Shown: in pieces, positions 26,813-36,755 of the stretch
Layout of the letters: every line of letters starts with the position of its first letter
Position numbering within the stretch: position 1 is the first letter of the stretch
DNA from: a virus
IMG/VR virus record: IMGVR_UViG_3300032236_001727
Coordinates: 19,144-83,143 of that record
Reading direction: 5' to 3' (one strand)
DNA length: 64,000 nucleotides
Notes under the pieces: model-generated
Told to the model about the DNA's origin: nothing
What the model saw: only the letters and a program-made list of their open reading frames with translations
Database searches by the model: none
Position numbers and translations under genes: made by a program

Positions 26813-27757
26813 TTATTCACTATCAAAAGTAGCAGAACATAAGCTTTTTTTATAAAAAGGACACCATTTACAATTTTTGTTTAATACAGGTTTATGTTCT
26901 GTTTTTTTATACCCATTTTCATCAAAAGCTGTTTCTATAAAATTGTTCAAAACTTCTACAGCTTTATTTGTTTTTATTTTTCCTGAAGCGGGTTGGAATT
27001 CTTGTATGCGAGAGGTAGGGAAATCAGATTTTTCAGGTAATTTACGTTTAAGAATGAAAAAATTAATTTTAATTTTATCAATAGGAACATTAAATTGATG
27101 TGAAAAGAAATGTTTATATAATATTAATTGAAATTGTTTATTTTCATCTTTTTTATCATTATCATACCAACCACGAGTACTAGTTTTAAAATCTATAATT
27201 AAAAATTCATTAGTTGGTTCATGGTATAAAACTATATCTAAATATCCTTGGTAAATTACATTACTAAGTAAATAATGAGGATTAAGAGTAAGAGGTACTT
27301 CACAACCTACTAATACCCATCCTTTTTTACTAAAATAAGATGAACGTTTCTTTTTAAAATATTCAAGTATATTTACTCCGTCTTCATAAAATTCACTTAA
27401 TTCTGTAGAATTACTAAAGTGTTGCTTATTATTTTTATTATACTGTTCTTTATATTCATTCTGGAGAGCTTCTTTGAATATTTGTATTATATCTTCTCTG
27501 TCAGCTGCTGCTCCACTTTGTTCATAAAAAACACTTAAATAATGTTGGATAGCTTTATGAAGAGCACTTCCAAAAATAGTATGAATACTCGAAGTAAATT
27601 GTTTATACCCCTCCACATATTGTAGAGACCACTTTTTAGGACATTCATTAAACATAGACATTTGAGAATATGATATTAATTTTTGGGTACTCCAATTAAT
27701 ATCTTGTTTAGGAAAGTTCCTAATATTCTTAACGATTTGTGGAAGGGTATTACTCAA
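26813..27757 (-). CDS. PD-(D/E)XK exonuclease, Cas4/AddB-like
   Basis: SYSQ..ECP, GSALH, GYLDIV...IIDFKTS, QLILY, CKWCPF..C. Confidence 0.88.
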   Translation of the reverse strand: MSNTLPQIVKNIRNFPKQDINWSTQKLISYSQMSMFNECPKKWSLQYVEGYKQFTSSIHTIFGSALHKAIQHYLSVFYEQSGAAADREDIIQIFKEALQNEYKEQYNKNNKQHFSNSTELSEFYEDGVNILEYFKKKRSSYFSKKGWVLVGCEVPLTLNPHYLLSNVIYQGYLDIVLYHEPTNEFLIIDFKTSTRGWYDNDKKDENKQFQLILYKHFFSHQFNVPIDKIKINFFILKRKLPEKSDFPTSRIQEFQPASGKIKTNKAVEVLNNFIETAFDENGYKKTEHKPVLNKNCKWCPFYKKSLCSATFDSE

Positions 27758-27758
27758 T

Positions 27759-27977
27759 TTATTTTTTTAAAGTTGTTTTAAGCTTTTCCAAGTATAAGAT
27801 ACCATCCATCAATTCATCTTGAGCATGTGATATCCAAGCTTGAGGATGTAAATCTTCTCTATCTAAAGTAGTATTATACTTCTTTTCACCGTTTTCAGCA
27901 CGCTCAATAAATTTATTAATTATTGAGTCTACTATACTATCTGGAGTGTATTCTGTGTATATTACTTTTTTACTCAT
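27759..27977 (-). CDS. Conserved phage protein (KY.TTL.R..W..H..ELMD..LY)
   Basis: 72-aa ORF; all-alpha NTP-pyrophosphatase-like pattern. Confidence 0.7.
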   Translation of the reverse strand: MSKKVIYTEYTPDSIVDSIINKFIERAENGEKKYNTTLDREDLHPQAWISHAQDELMDGILYLEKLKTTLKK

Positions 27978-28213
27978 ATAAGATCATTTTTATATTCTTC
28001 TCTCAGATCTACAGGCAATGTAGCTTCAAGTATCTTGTTTGTTTTAGGATCATAAAATACTGGGATAGGAAGAAGTGAGTCTTCTTTTCCACCTACTATG
28101 AATTTAGATACTTTTCTGAGGAGAAATCCTTGTTGAAAAATTTTTTCACCTGATGGTGTTTCTACAGCTGTGGTAGATTTTAGGTCAATGTTTAGTTGCG
28201 GTTGTTGTTCCAT
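27974..28213 (-). CDS. Hypothetical protein
   Basis: 79-aa ORF with overlapping stop/start. Confidence 0.7.
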   Translation of the reverse strand: MEQQPQLNIDLKSTTAVETPSGEKIFQQGFLLRKVSKFIVGGKEDSLLPIPVFYDPKTNKILEATLPVDLREEYKNDLI

Positions 28214-28472
28214 TTTGTTTTGTTTTTGATTTAATGTATGGGAAATATGTTTTATTGCTTTTAGGAATTAGATCACAATATATTCTATATACTTTTTCTT
28301 TATCATCAATGTTTAATCCTTGTACATAGTCTACTAATTCAAGATAATTAGGATTCATACTTAGTAATCTATGTATCATGAATATATCAAATGTATTCCA
28401 ATCCTCTTGTTTGAATTTAGATGCTGGTGGTTTGTTTTTTATAATTTCTATAGGCCAATCAAATAGTTTCAT
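28185..28472 (-). CDS. Probable clamp loader small subunit (gp62-like)
   Basis: FMIHRLLSM pattern; translationally coupled to the RFC gene. Confidence 0.6.
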   Translation of the reverse strand: MKLFDWPIEIIKNKPPASKFKQEDWNTFDIFMIHRLLSMNPNYLELVDYVQGLNIDDKEKVYRIYCDLIPKSNKTYFPYIKSKTKQNGTTTATKH

Positions 28473-29386
28473 TTTATAATTTCTGATAGTTTAGCTAAGC
28501 AGCTTGCAATAGTTATTTCTTGATCTACTCTACTTGTTGATCTATATTTATATTCTTCAATTGTTATAATAGCTTCACCTATGTTTTTAGGTGCTATTTT
28601 ATCAACATTTTTGTATAAGAATTTATATAACTCGCTATAGTCAGATAAATTAGTATTAACTAATGTTTGTCGTATATTGTTAATGGATTTAGTTGTTGTT
28701 AATTCTTTTAATATTTGCTCCTTATAATCAATACCATCTAATGATACATTTTCATTTGGTTGTAATTTATTATTTAGAGTAGATTTTTGAGCCGCATTAA
28801 CTATAGAGCGAATATCAGGATAGTTTTGATTAATTATTATTTTTATACTTCCTGTTTCAAATTCAACTTTTTCTTTTACTAATATATCTGATAAATGTTT
28901 AGCTGTTTCTGATTTAGTGGGAGGTTTTAGATCAAATTCTTGTAATCTGCTTCTTAGTGGTTCTATTAAACGTTCGGGAAAATTTCCTGTTAATATGAAT
29001 CTAGTTTTTAAACTAAATGTTTCAATCATATTTAATAATAATACTTGAGATGCTTCTAATATATGAGTTGATTCATCTAATATTACTATCTTTAATGGTT
29101 TAAAAGTACCGGCAGCGGCAAAACCTCCCACTTTTTCTTTTATGACATCTATACTTCTATCTTCAGTAGCATTTATATAAATAAAATCACAATCAATACT
29201 GTTAACTAATATCTTAGCAAGAGTTGTTTTTCCTCTTCCAGCCTTTCCAAACAATCCAATATGGGGAATATCTTGTTTTTTAATATATTCTTCAAATTTC
29301 TGTTTTTGGACTTTATCTAGTAGTAAATCATCTAATGCTTTTGGTCTGTATTTTTCAACCCAAAGTGTATTTTCAGTATTGCTCAT
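28469..29386 (-). CDS. Clamp loader AAA+ subunit (RFC/gp44-like)
   Basis: LWVEKYRP, GKAGRGKTT, ILDES, PLRSR. Confidence 0.93.
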   Translation of the reverse strand: MSNTENTLWVEKYRPKALDDLLLDKVQKQKFEEYIKKQDIPHIGLFGKAGRGKTTLAKILVNSIDCDFIYINATEDRSIDVIKEKVGGFAAAGTFKPLKIVILDESTHILEASQVLLLNMIETFSLKTRFILTGNFPERLIEPLRSRLQEFDLKPPTKSETAKHLSDILVKEKVEFETGSIKIIINQNYPDIRSIVNAAQKSTLNNKLQPNENVSLDGIDYKEQILKELTTTKSINNIRQTLVNTNLSDYSELYKFLYKNVDKIAPKNIGEAIITIEEYKYRSTSRVDQEITIASCLAKLSEIIK

Positions 29387-29404
29387 TATTTATTTTTTTA
29401 TTGA

Positions 29405-31027
29405 TTATCCAAACATACCTTCCATTCCGCTTAGGTCAGGAGTTACATTTTTATTTTCTTCAGGGAGATCTATAATACATGCTTCTGTTAATAGTATGGT
29501 TGAAGCTACAGCTGCAGCATTTTCAAGTGCAGTACGTGTTACTTTCAATGGATCAATAATACCCGCTTCTTTCATGTTGGTTATATCATCTGTTTTCAGG
29601 TTATATCCATCCCATTTATCTCCTGCTCCTATTACTTTTCCATGTATTTGAGCATCTATGTTATCATAACCAGCATTTGTAAGAATAGTTTCAAATGGTT
29701 TACCACAGGCATCATATACTATTTGGGCGCCTATATCGTTGATTTCTAACGTATTTCTAGCGTGAAGTAATGCAGCTCCTCCACCAGGCACGATACCCTC
29801 TTCAAGTGCGGCTTTAGTAGCATTTAGCGCATCATCTACACGATCTTTCTTCTCATTCATTTCAGTTTCATTATATCCACCAACATAAATTATGGATACA
29901 CCTCCTACCATTTTAGCTAAACGTTCTTGCAATTTTTCTATTTCAAAAGGTGTTGTAGATTTTTCTACCTGTGATTGTAGTTCTCCTACTCTGTTAGCGA
30001 TATCTTCTTCTTTACCTTTACCATCAATTATAGTTGTTTGATCTTTAGTAACAGTAACAGTTGAGGCTTGACCTAACCAATCTTTGTCAAACTTTTCAAG
30101 TTTCATACCTTTATTCTTATCAAATACTTTTCCTCCTGTTAGTATAGCAATATCTTCAAGTACTAATTTTCTACGCTCACCAAAATCTGGTGCTTTAACA
30201 GCTGCTACTTTGATAACACCTCTACCTTTATTTACAATTAATGTTGCTAGAGCTTCATGTTCAATTTCTTCAGCTATAATAAGCAATGATTTGTTTGAAG
30301 TTGATATATATTCAAGTACTGGTAGGAGTTCTTTAGCTGTAGTAAATTTATGATCAGCTATTAGTATGTATGTATCTTTTAGATAACAAGTCATACTGGT
30401 ATTATCTGTGACAAAGAAATGAGATTTATATCCTCTGTCAAATTGTAAACCTTCTACAGTTTTCAGATAAGTTTCATGTGTTTTAGAATCTTCAATATGG
30501 ACAATTCCGTTATGACCTGATTTTTCTAAAGCAGTTGCTATTAGATTTCCAATTTCTACATCATTATTAGATGAAATAGCTGCTACTTGTTTTATTTGAT
30601 CTTCAGATGATATATCTTCAGCAATTTCAGTTCTTAGAGTTTCTACTATTTGTTTTACAGCTTTATCTATTCCTCTTTTTATTTCAACAGCATTTTCACC
30701 ATTGTTAAGAAATTTAAGACCAGATTTAACCATTTCACGAGCCAATAAGGTTGATGTAGTAGTTCCATCTCCTGCATGATCTGCTGTTTTAATAGAAGCT
30801 TGTTTAATAAGTTGTACTCCTAAATCTTCAATGGGATCTTGTAAAGCTACAATTCGTTTAGCTACAGATACACCATCTTTTGTAGATTGAAATACCCCAT
30901 TATTGTTATATATAACATTTCTTCCATTAGGACCTAGAGTTGTTACTACAGCATCTGTTAAGGTATCTATACCTTTCATTAGTTTTTTTCGTGCTTCAGC
31001 ACCAAATTCTACTTTTTGTGTTCTCAT
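29405..31027 (-). CDS. groL: Chaperonin GroEL
   Basis: TLGPNGRNV, TKDGVSVA, AGDGTTT, FDRGY, EGIVPGGG, GIIDP.KV. Confidence 0.97.
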   Translation of the reverse strand: MRTQKVEFGAEARKKLMKGIDTLTDAVVTTLGPNGRNVIYNNNGVFQSTKDGVSVAKRIVALQDPIEDLGVQLIKQASIKTADHAGDGTTTSTLLAREMVKSGLKFLNNGENAVEIKRGIDKAVKQIVETLRTEIAEDISSEDQIKQVAAISSNNDVEIGNLIATALEKSGHNGIVHIEDSKTHETYLKTVEGLQFDRGYKSHFFVTDNTSMTCYLKDTYILIADHKFTTAKELLPVLEYISTSNKSLLIIAEEIEHEALATLIVNKGRGVIKVAAVKAPDFGERRKLVLEDIAILTGGKVFDKNKGMKLEKFDKDWLGQASTVTVTKDQTTIIDGKGKEEDIANRVGELQSQVEKSTTPFEIEKLQERLAKMVGGVSIIYVGGYNETEMNEKKDRVDDALNATKAALEEGIVPGGGAALLHARNTLEINDIGAQIVYDACGKPFETILTNAGYDNIDAQIHGKVIGAGDKWDGYNLKTDDITNMKEAGIIDPLKVTRTALENAAAVASTILLTEACIIDLPEENKNVTPDLSGMEGMFG

Positions 31028-31045
31028 TTTTATTATTGTTTTTTA

Positions 31046-31351
31046 TTATTTTGCTTCATTTATTTTACCTAATATCTGATTTTCTGGACCTATGAAATAT
31101 TCTTCATATTCAAATTCAAATTTGGTAAATCCCATTGCTGGTAATATTACTACATCATCTGGTTTTAGATATGATGGTATAAGTTGGCCTGTTATAGTAT
31201 AACGACCTGGTCCTACAGTTACTACTTTAGCAATAATGTTTCTGTCTTTTCCCATATCAGGAATTATAATGTTTCCTTGAGTGGCCTCTTCTGGAGAGTA
31301 AGGGATAACGATAACAGCATCGTTTAGGGCTTCTAGTGTTTTGTTTGTCAT
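31046..31351 (-). CDS. groS: Co-chaperonin GroES
   Basis: GNIIIPD, VVTVGPGR; adjacent to groL. Confidence 0.9.
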   Translation of the reverse strand: MTNKTLEALNDAVIVIPYSPEEATQGNIIIPDMGKDRNIIAKVVTVGPGRYTITGQLIPSYLKPDDVVILPAMGFTKFEFEYEEYFIGPENQILGKINEAK

Positions 31352-31677
31352 ATTTGTATAGTGTTTATTAAATTATTTATTTGTGTTTCAATTTTTTTAT
31401 ATTCATCAATGTATTCTTTTATAGAAACTATTTCTGATTTTTGTATGCTGGAATGGGATTTCAGTTTGGATATACTTAGTAAAGCGGCTCCTAATGTACT
31501 ATAAAAACCTATTGTTTTTAATGTTTCTTTTCCAGATGCTTCTTTTCCTCCAAAACCACGAGTAGAAACACCTTTTTCTACAACAGTAAAATTATAAGTA
31601 TCTTTTTCAATATAGTATGGCTCTATTAAAGGGTCAACTATATTATAACTTCGAGTATTTTCTTTTATTTGTTCCAT
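31348..31677 (-). CDS. Hypothetical protein
   Basis: 109-aa ORF. Confidence 0.7.
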   Translation of the reverse strand: MEQIKENTRSYNIVDPLIEPYYIEKDTYNFTVVEKGVSTRGFGGKEASGKETLKTIGFYSTLGAALLSISKLKSHSSIQKSEIVSIKEYIDEYKKIETQINNLINTIQI

Positions 31678-31683
31678 TTGTTT

Positions 31684-32424
31684 TTATGTTGTTGCTTTTC
31701 TTATTATATAATATTGGCTTAGTATTGTACCACTAGGATATTCACTTATAAATTCTAATTTCATTAATCCTTGATCATTTATTTTCATACTACTTTTTGT
31801 TGCATCTTTATTGGCTTGTAGTATTAGTTTGAATATATTAGAATTAAAATATAGTTTTATATTATCTTTTTTTACATCACCTTTTATTTGATAAATGATT
31901 TTATTACCATGACTAGATTCATCACCAAATATTAATTCACATACAAGAACTTCTTCCATATTCTTATTTGTGGTAACTATCAAATTATCTAAATCAATAG
32001 CTCCTTGAGCCTTTATCATATTATCAATATTTTCAGACTCAAGCTCTAAATCCATATCCCATTCTGGTTCATTTACTGTACCTGTTTTAGGAATTAAAAG
32101 TGGGTCTGCTAATGGATAAACAAGTTCATAATTAGTATCTGCTATTTTAAGTTTAGATGGGATTTTATTTACTTTTTCTATATCAATAAGTAAATCTTCT
32201 TTACATATGCTTATAAGGTTAGATAGTTTTTTAGTATCAAAAATAGCTAATTCACTATCTACTACTTTAAAGTTATCACATGATACTTTTCCTATTACAT
32301 CTCGTGTTGGAGTAGTAAAATCAACAGTTATAGTGTTATTTTTGATTATCCATTTTACTGATTCATTTGACCCGCCTAGGTAATATTTTGATATCAGTTT
32401 ATTTAGTGTGAATTTATTAATCAT
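31684..32424 (-). CDS. Probable sliding clamp (gp45-like)
   Basis: 246 aa, beta-rich, located between polB and the clamp loader. Confidence 0.6.
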   Translation of the reverse strand: MINKFTLNKLISKYYLGGSNESVKWIIKNNTITVDFTTPTRDVIGKVSCDNFKVVDSELAIFDTKKLSNLISICKEDLLIDIEKVNKIPSKLKIADTNYELVYPLADPLLIPKTGTVNEPEWDMDLELESENIDNMIKAQGAIDLDNLIVTTNKNMEEVLVCELIFGDESSHGNKIIYQIKGDVKKDNIKLYFNSNIFKLILQANKDATKSSMKINDQGLMKLEFISEYPSGTILSQYYIIRKATT

Positions 32425-32435
32425 ATGCTTTTATT

Positions 32436-32465
32436 ATTATAATAAAAAATTTTACAAATACCAAA
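32436..32465 (-). promoter_or_regulatory. Promoter motif TTTGG-N19-TATAAT
   Basis: Same spacing as the other copies. Confidence 0.6.
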
Positions 32466-32470
32466 TTTTT

Positions 32471-33373
32471 TTAAAAGAAATTAAAAAATTTTTCTCTATA
32501 AGGATTAAGTTCAAGAACCCAACCTAAATCGTTATATAAATTTTCAAGCTGGTTTTTCATAATAGAGTCAAACAGTCCTTCTCGATCTATATATTTTTCA
32601 ACTATGTCTATTATTTGTGGGGGATCGTTATAACCATTCAACCCAACTACATCTATTTTATATGGATTGTTTTTTAGATAAGCTATCAACATTTTATCTC
32701 CAATATTGAATTCAGGATATTTATTTGATATTTTCCAATGTCTTATAAAATCATTACTTATTATAGCTGCTTTGGTGTTTATAGGGCATTTATTTTTTAA
32801 TTTTGAAAATAATTCACCAGATGAAGGTTTTCGTTCAATATACTCATTTAATTTTTTTAGTCCTGTTGGTTTTAACAATTTCATCCAGTCAATGCTGTTA
32901 AGTGACTTTTTAAAAACCATTATATCTTCATCTAATTCCTTTTTAGATTTACCAAATAGAATATCTTTTATTAGTTTTTCTCCAAAATTTCTAAATAATG
33001 GAGGAAAATTAGATTTCATTATATCTAAACCTTTTACATCTAATTCAGATACAGGAACTCCCTCTTTATCCACTATGTACTGTGCGTATCTTCGCTTACC
33101 AGCCCAATATAGCTTTTTAATTACATATTCAGGTTTAAGATCGAGATAATGATTTTTTGAATTAAAACATCGTAGTGCGATGGAAGATTGATATTCATTT
33201 AGTTTATCTCCTATTTCTTTTTGAAGTTTTTTTACTTCTACTATCATATCTTCATCACTTATTTCATCATAGTTTGGGAACCTTTTTCTTAAAATAGGCT
33301 CCAAACATATTATGAGTGAATCAGTATCACTACCTAAAACATGGGTGTTTATTTCTTGAGTATTAAATTTCAT
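32471..33373 (-). CDS. DNA polymerase family B, C-terminal part (motif C and thumb)
   Basis: GSDTDS, KRRYA, VKGLDIMKSNFP. Confidence 0.92.
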   Translation of the reverse strand: MKFNTQEINTHVLGSDTDSLIICLEPILRKRFPNYDEISDEDMIVEVKKLQKEIGDKLNEYQSSIALRCFNSKNHYLDLKPEYVIKKLYWAGKRRYAQYIVDKEGVPVSELDVKGLDIMKSNFPPLFRNFGEKLIKDILFGKSKKELDEDIMVFKKSLNSIDWMKLLKPTGLKKLNEYIERKPSSGELFSKLKNKCPINTKAAIISNDFIRHWKISNKYPEFNIGDKMLIAYLKNNPYKIDVVGLNGYNDPPQIIDIVEKYIDREGLFDSIMKNQLENLYNDLGWVLELNPYREKFFNFF

Positions 33374-34320
33374 ATAAGTTGAGACAAAATATCATTTATT
33401 AGGTGAAATTGATTATAATTTATTTCTATTAATTTTATATCATTCAATATACAATACTTTCTTTTAATTTCATCTCTTTTTTGTAGTTCTTCTAAATCTC
33501 CACTTCGTTGTTTAAAAAAACTACTTTTTTCAAAATGTTGTTTTCCTTGAAATTCAATTACTGTGTTTGTATCTGGTAAGTAAAAATCAAATAGTAATTT
33601 TTTTTCTGTAATTGGGTTTATACATTTTTCAAATGTTTTTTCTCTAGTATAGTTTATGCTGTTTTCTAAAAGAAAATCTTCTATTCTTTTTTCTCCTTTG
33701 GATATCTTATTATTCCCACAGCTTTCACATCCACATCCTCTATAAAAATGATTTATCATCAATTGATAGAACTCACCATGTATTGGGCATATTATTTTCA
33801 ATTTATGCTTATTAGTTCTTTCTATCTTAGGTTGATCAGGATATGTATATTTGTTGTTATGTATTTTTTTAAGTTTATTATATATATTTTCATCAGGGTT
33901 ATTAGATATACGAGTTTGAGAAATTTTATCACCTCTGCAGTTTGGGCACCCATGATTGTTCAAGTGATTGTTAGGATGAATCATAAATTCTCCATGGATT
34001 GGACATATAATAGTTGATTTAATTTTAGCCCCATTATATATAAATTTAGAATAATCATATTTTTCACCATGTATAATTTTTGCTCGTTCTATAAAATATT
34101 CTAATGGATCTTCTACACGTCCAACTCCAGCACATTTTTGACATCCGGACCCATTTACAGAATGATCCGATGGATTACAATGAAATGGACCATGTTTTCG
34201 ACATATTATTTTAATTTTAGAATTAAATCCACTATATGTCGTTTCAGAATAATCATATATATTTCCATGTTTTTTTTGTGCTCTTTCAATAAATTGTTCA
34301 GTAGTTAATTTTTTAGACAT
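33370..34320 (-). CDS. Free-standing homing endonuclease (DUF723-like Zn repeats plus a Vsr/PD-(D/E)XK-type domain)
   Basis: Three IIC..HG.F....H..G.GC..C repeats; SKGE, FDFYLP...IEFQGKQH, RDEIK. Confidence 0.88.
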   Translation of the reverse strand: MSKKLTTEQFIERAQKKHGNIYDYSETTYSGFNSKIKIICRKHGPFHCNPSDHSVNGSGCQKCAGVGRVEDPLEYFIERAKIIHGEKYDYSKFIYNGAKIKSTIICPIHGEFMIHPNNHLNNHGCPNCRGDKISQTRISNNPDENIYNKLKKIHNNKYTYPDQPKIERTNKHKLKIICPIHGEFYQLMINHFYRGCGCESCGNNKISKGEKRIEDFLLENSINYTREKTFEKCINPITEKKLLFDFYLPDTNTVIEFQGKQHFEKSSFFKQRSGDLEELQKRDEIKRKYCILNDIKLIEINYNQFHLINDILSQLI

Positions 34321-34389
34321 TTTACTTATAATTACATTATTTAATATCCATTATAAATATATGTAGTCCAAGTCCAGGTGTAATATACT

Positions 34390-36237
34390 TTATAAAAATT
34401 CTTCATTTATTATCTTATTTGCATGTTTTATTGTTTCTTGAATAGCTCGCTGGCCAAATGTAGTTACTGCTGAAGAAAGAATTTTATGGCCATCTGTAAA
34501 GCGCCAAGAATTGATGGCAAAAGCACCATAAATACTGTTAAGGGCTATTTTGAAAGAGTGTTGTTTCATGTGGAATAGTTCCCCCTTCACCTTATCTCCA
34601 TCTTTATAAGCTTTTTTCATAGCATTTTTAAACTCTTTTCTCATATTAAACCACTCAGCTAGTAATTCAGCAACTATACTAGGCTTATCTGTTGAAAAAA
34701 TCACTCCATTAGCGGATACTGTCCAATTATTTTCAATAATTGTTTCTATAAGATCTTTAATTTTTATTTTTCCAGATTTTAAGGTATATGTTCTTTTATC
34801 TAGTTTTTCTAATGTTACTATTTTTTCAGGGTCTTCTTCTCTTAGCTCTTCTAAACTATACCAACAGTTATAATTTGGGTTGTCTATAACAATCCTAGCT
34901 TTTAATGTTTCTATTCCTAAATTTAATGATCGTATGATTGAAGGATACAAACTAGCAAAGTCGGCATTTATACTCCAGTTATGTAATCCTACTTGAGGAT
35001 CTAAAAGAAATCCACCAGCATATCCTTCTTTTTTTCTAACAGATTTTAAAAATCTAGTTATGAAAGCACCTCCTTTGGTTTTAACAATAACTTGTTTATT
35101 ATCAATTTCATGTACTGTTCCCTCTATAGTAGGTGTTCCTCTTTGGTGTACTACATAATCTCCAACTTCTAATTCTCTTATAGATGGATTAACTGTTGTA
35201 GGTTTGTTAGGGGCTATAATGTTTTTTCTCTTAAGGTAAGTAAGTATAGCACCTTCATTTAATTCAGTGTTATAGTATATTGATTCATAAGGTGTATGAC
35301 ATAGATGTGATATTAGAACAGTTAGTTCAATAAATTTCAATTTATTTTCTAATGCTTCTAATATTTCAACATCTCGTATGTTATACTCTATAAATTTGTT
35401 CTTATTTTCTTTAAATAAGGCATCCAAAGAGCCATTATATTCTATTTTACCTAATTTAACATATTTGGTTCCTATATCTCCTAATTTGTATGATGTTTCC
35501 TCTTTAGTAATATACTTTTTAAATAAAAGCATAAAATCAAGACAATTAATCAAACCTATTTTTATAGGAGATTTAGAATTGTTTAGGTCTTCTGTTATTT
35601 TACCTATAGGGGATAATCTATATACTTCATCACCCATTATCTTTTTTATCCTATAATATAGATATGGCATATCAAAAAAATCACTATTCCAACCTACAAC
35701 AATAGTAGGATCTATTTCTTCCCATTTGCTTAAAAAATTTCTTATTAATGTTTTTTCATCAATACAAGAAATGATATGTTTATTTTCTATAGATATAGAC
35801 TCTATTTCTTTATTTTTATCTAGAATAAAACATATAGTTTGCTTATTATTTACATCTAGTAAAGCAATAGAAGTTATTTCAGCTTTAGCTTCTTTAATAG
35901 TGTATTCATTTAAAGCGCCTATAATTTCAATTTCTATATCTAGATAAACCAGATTATGAAATGAAGGTTTATCATCACTCTTGTAATATTGGTCTCTAAG
36001 TAGTACCAACTCTTTAGAAATATCTTTTTCATATATCGTGGGGTCATTTCTATCATATTTTCCAGTTATTGGGGAACAACGATCTCCAAACAATGTTGTA
36101 TATTCACCATATTGATCTAATTTATATAATGTTGGATTATATTTGAATTTAGAAATGTGTTTCTTATCATCACGTAAGAAGTAATGATAAGCATCTGGAT
36201 CGTTTTTGTCTCGGACATAATAAAGAGCTTGATACAT
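34390..36237 (-). CDS. DNA polymerase family B, N-terminal part (3'-5' exonuclease, motifs A and B)
   Basis: DIEIE, WNSDFFDMPY, YNIRDV, DFASLYPSII, KIALNSIYG. Confidence 0.95.
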   Translation of the reverse strand: MYQALYYVRDKNDPDAYHYFLRDDKKHISKFKYNPTLYKLDQYGEYTTLFGDRCSPITGKYDRNDPTIYEKDISKELVLLRDQYYKSDDKPSFHNLVYLDIEIEIIGALNEYTIKEAKAEITSIALLDVNNKQTICFILDKNKEIESISIENKHIISCIDEKTLIRNFLSKWEEIDPTIVVGWNSDFFDMPYLYYRIKKIMGDEVYRLSPIGKITEDLNNSKSPIKIGLINCLDFMLLFKKYITKEETSYKLGDIGTKYVKLGKIEYNGSLDALFKENKNKFIEYNIRDVEILEALENKLKFIELTVLISHLCHTPYESIYYNTELNEGAILTYLKRKNIIAPNKPTTVNPSIRELEVGDYVVHQRGTPTIEGTVHEIDNKQVIVKTKGGAFITRFLKSVRKKEGYAGGFLLDPQVGLHNWSINADFASLYPSIIRSLNLGIETLKARIVIDNPNYNCWYSLEELREEDPEKIVTLEKLDKRTYTLKSGKIKIKDLIETIIENNWTVSANGVIFSTDKPSIVAELLAEWFNMRKEFKNAMKKAYKDGDKVKGELFHMKQHSFKIALNSIYGAFAINSWRFTDGHKILSSAVTTFGQRAIQETIKHANKIINEEFL

Positions 36238-36744
36238 TTATTTGTTTGTGCAGTTTTCTATTTCTTCTTTAGTAAAGAATTGTGCTAAATTTGGTCTGAA
36301 ATAGTTTATAGATTTTAGTACTTTTTTATCTCTTTGTCTGTATACTACCCAAACATTTTCTTTTATTTGTTCAAAATAGGTAGCTTCACCTACTCTCTCA
36401 GCTTCATGTTTTGCAGTTTCAATAGCTTCTTGTTCACTACTACATGCTTTAGATAGATTAGAACGTTGTATTTCATTGTATAAATCTTGGAATCTATCTT
36501 TTAGGCCATGTTGCATAATACCATTGCATAAAACATACATTATATCTCCAAGAGCATCAGCTACTTCTATTATATCTCCATCCTCACAAGCTTCTTTATA
36601 TTCATTTAATTCTTCTAAAATAAAATTATAAATGAACATCCAGGATTTAGTATCAGGTATAGTGGGAGTATGACTATTTGATTCAGATTTACCCATGGTT
36701 TCATTAAAAATCTCTACTTCACTAATAAAAGGTATCGTTTTCAT
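36238..36744 (-). CDS. MazG-like / PRA-PH nucleotide pyrophosphohydrolase
   Basis: EELNEY...EVADALGDIMYV, SNLSK, KVLKS..Y. Confidence 0.85.
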   Translation of the reverse strand: MKTIPFISEVEIFNETMGKSESNSHTPTIPDTKSWMFIYNFILEELNEYKEACEDGDIIEVADALGDIMYVLCNGIMQHGLKDRFQDLYNEIQRSNLSKACSSEQEAIETAKHEAERVGEATYFEQIKENVWVVYRQRDKKVLKSINYFRPNLAQFFTKEEIENCTNK

Positions 36745-36755
36745 ATTTCTAGTAT

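Noticed and set aside
26813-27757. CRISPR-Cas locus suggested by the Cas4-like nuclease
   Set aside because: No repeat-spacer array or other cas genes seen; stand-alone Cas4-like nucleases are common in phage replication modules
33370-34389. Group I intron or intein interrupting polB
   Set aside because: No P/Q/R/S elements in the 69-nt spacer, the endonuclease stop overlaps the C-part start leaving no room for a core, and there are no intein termini
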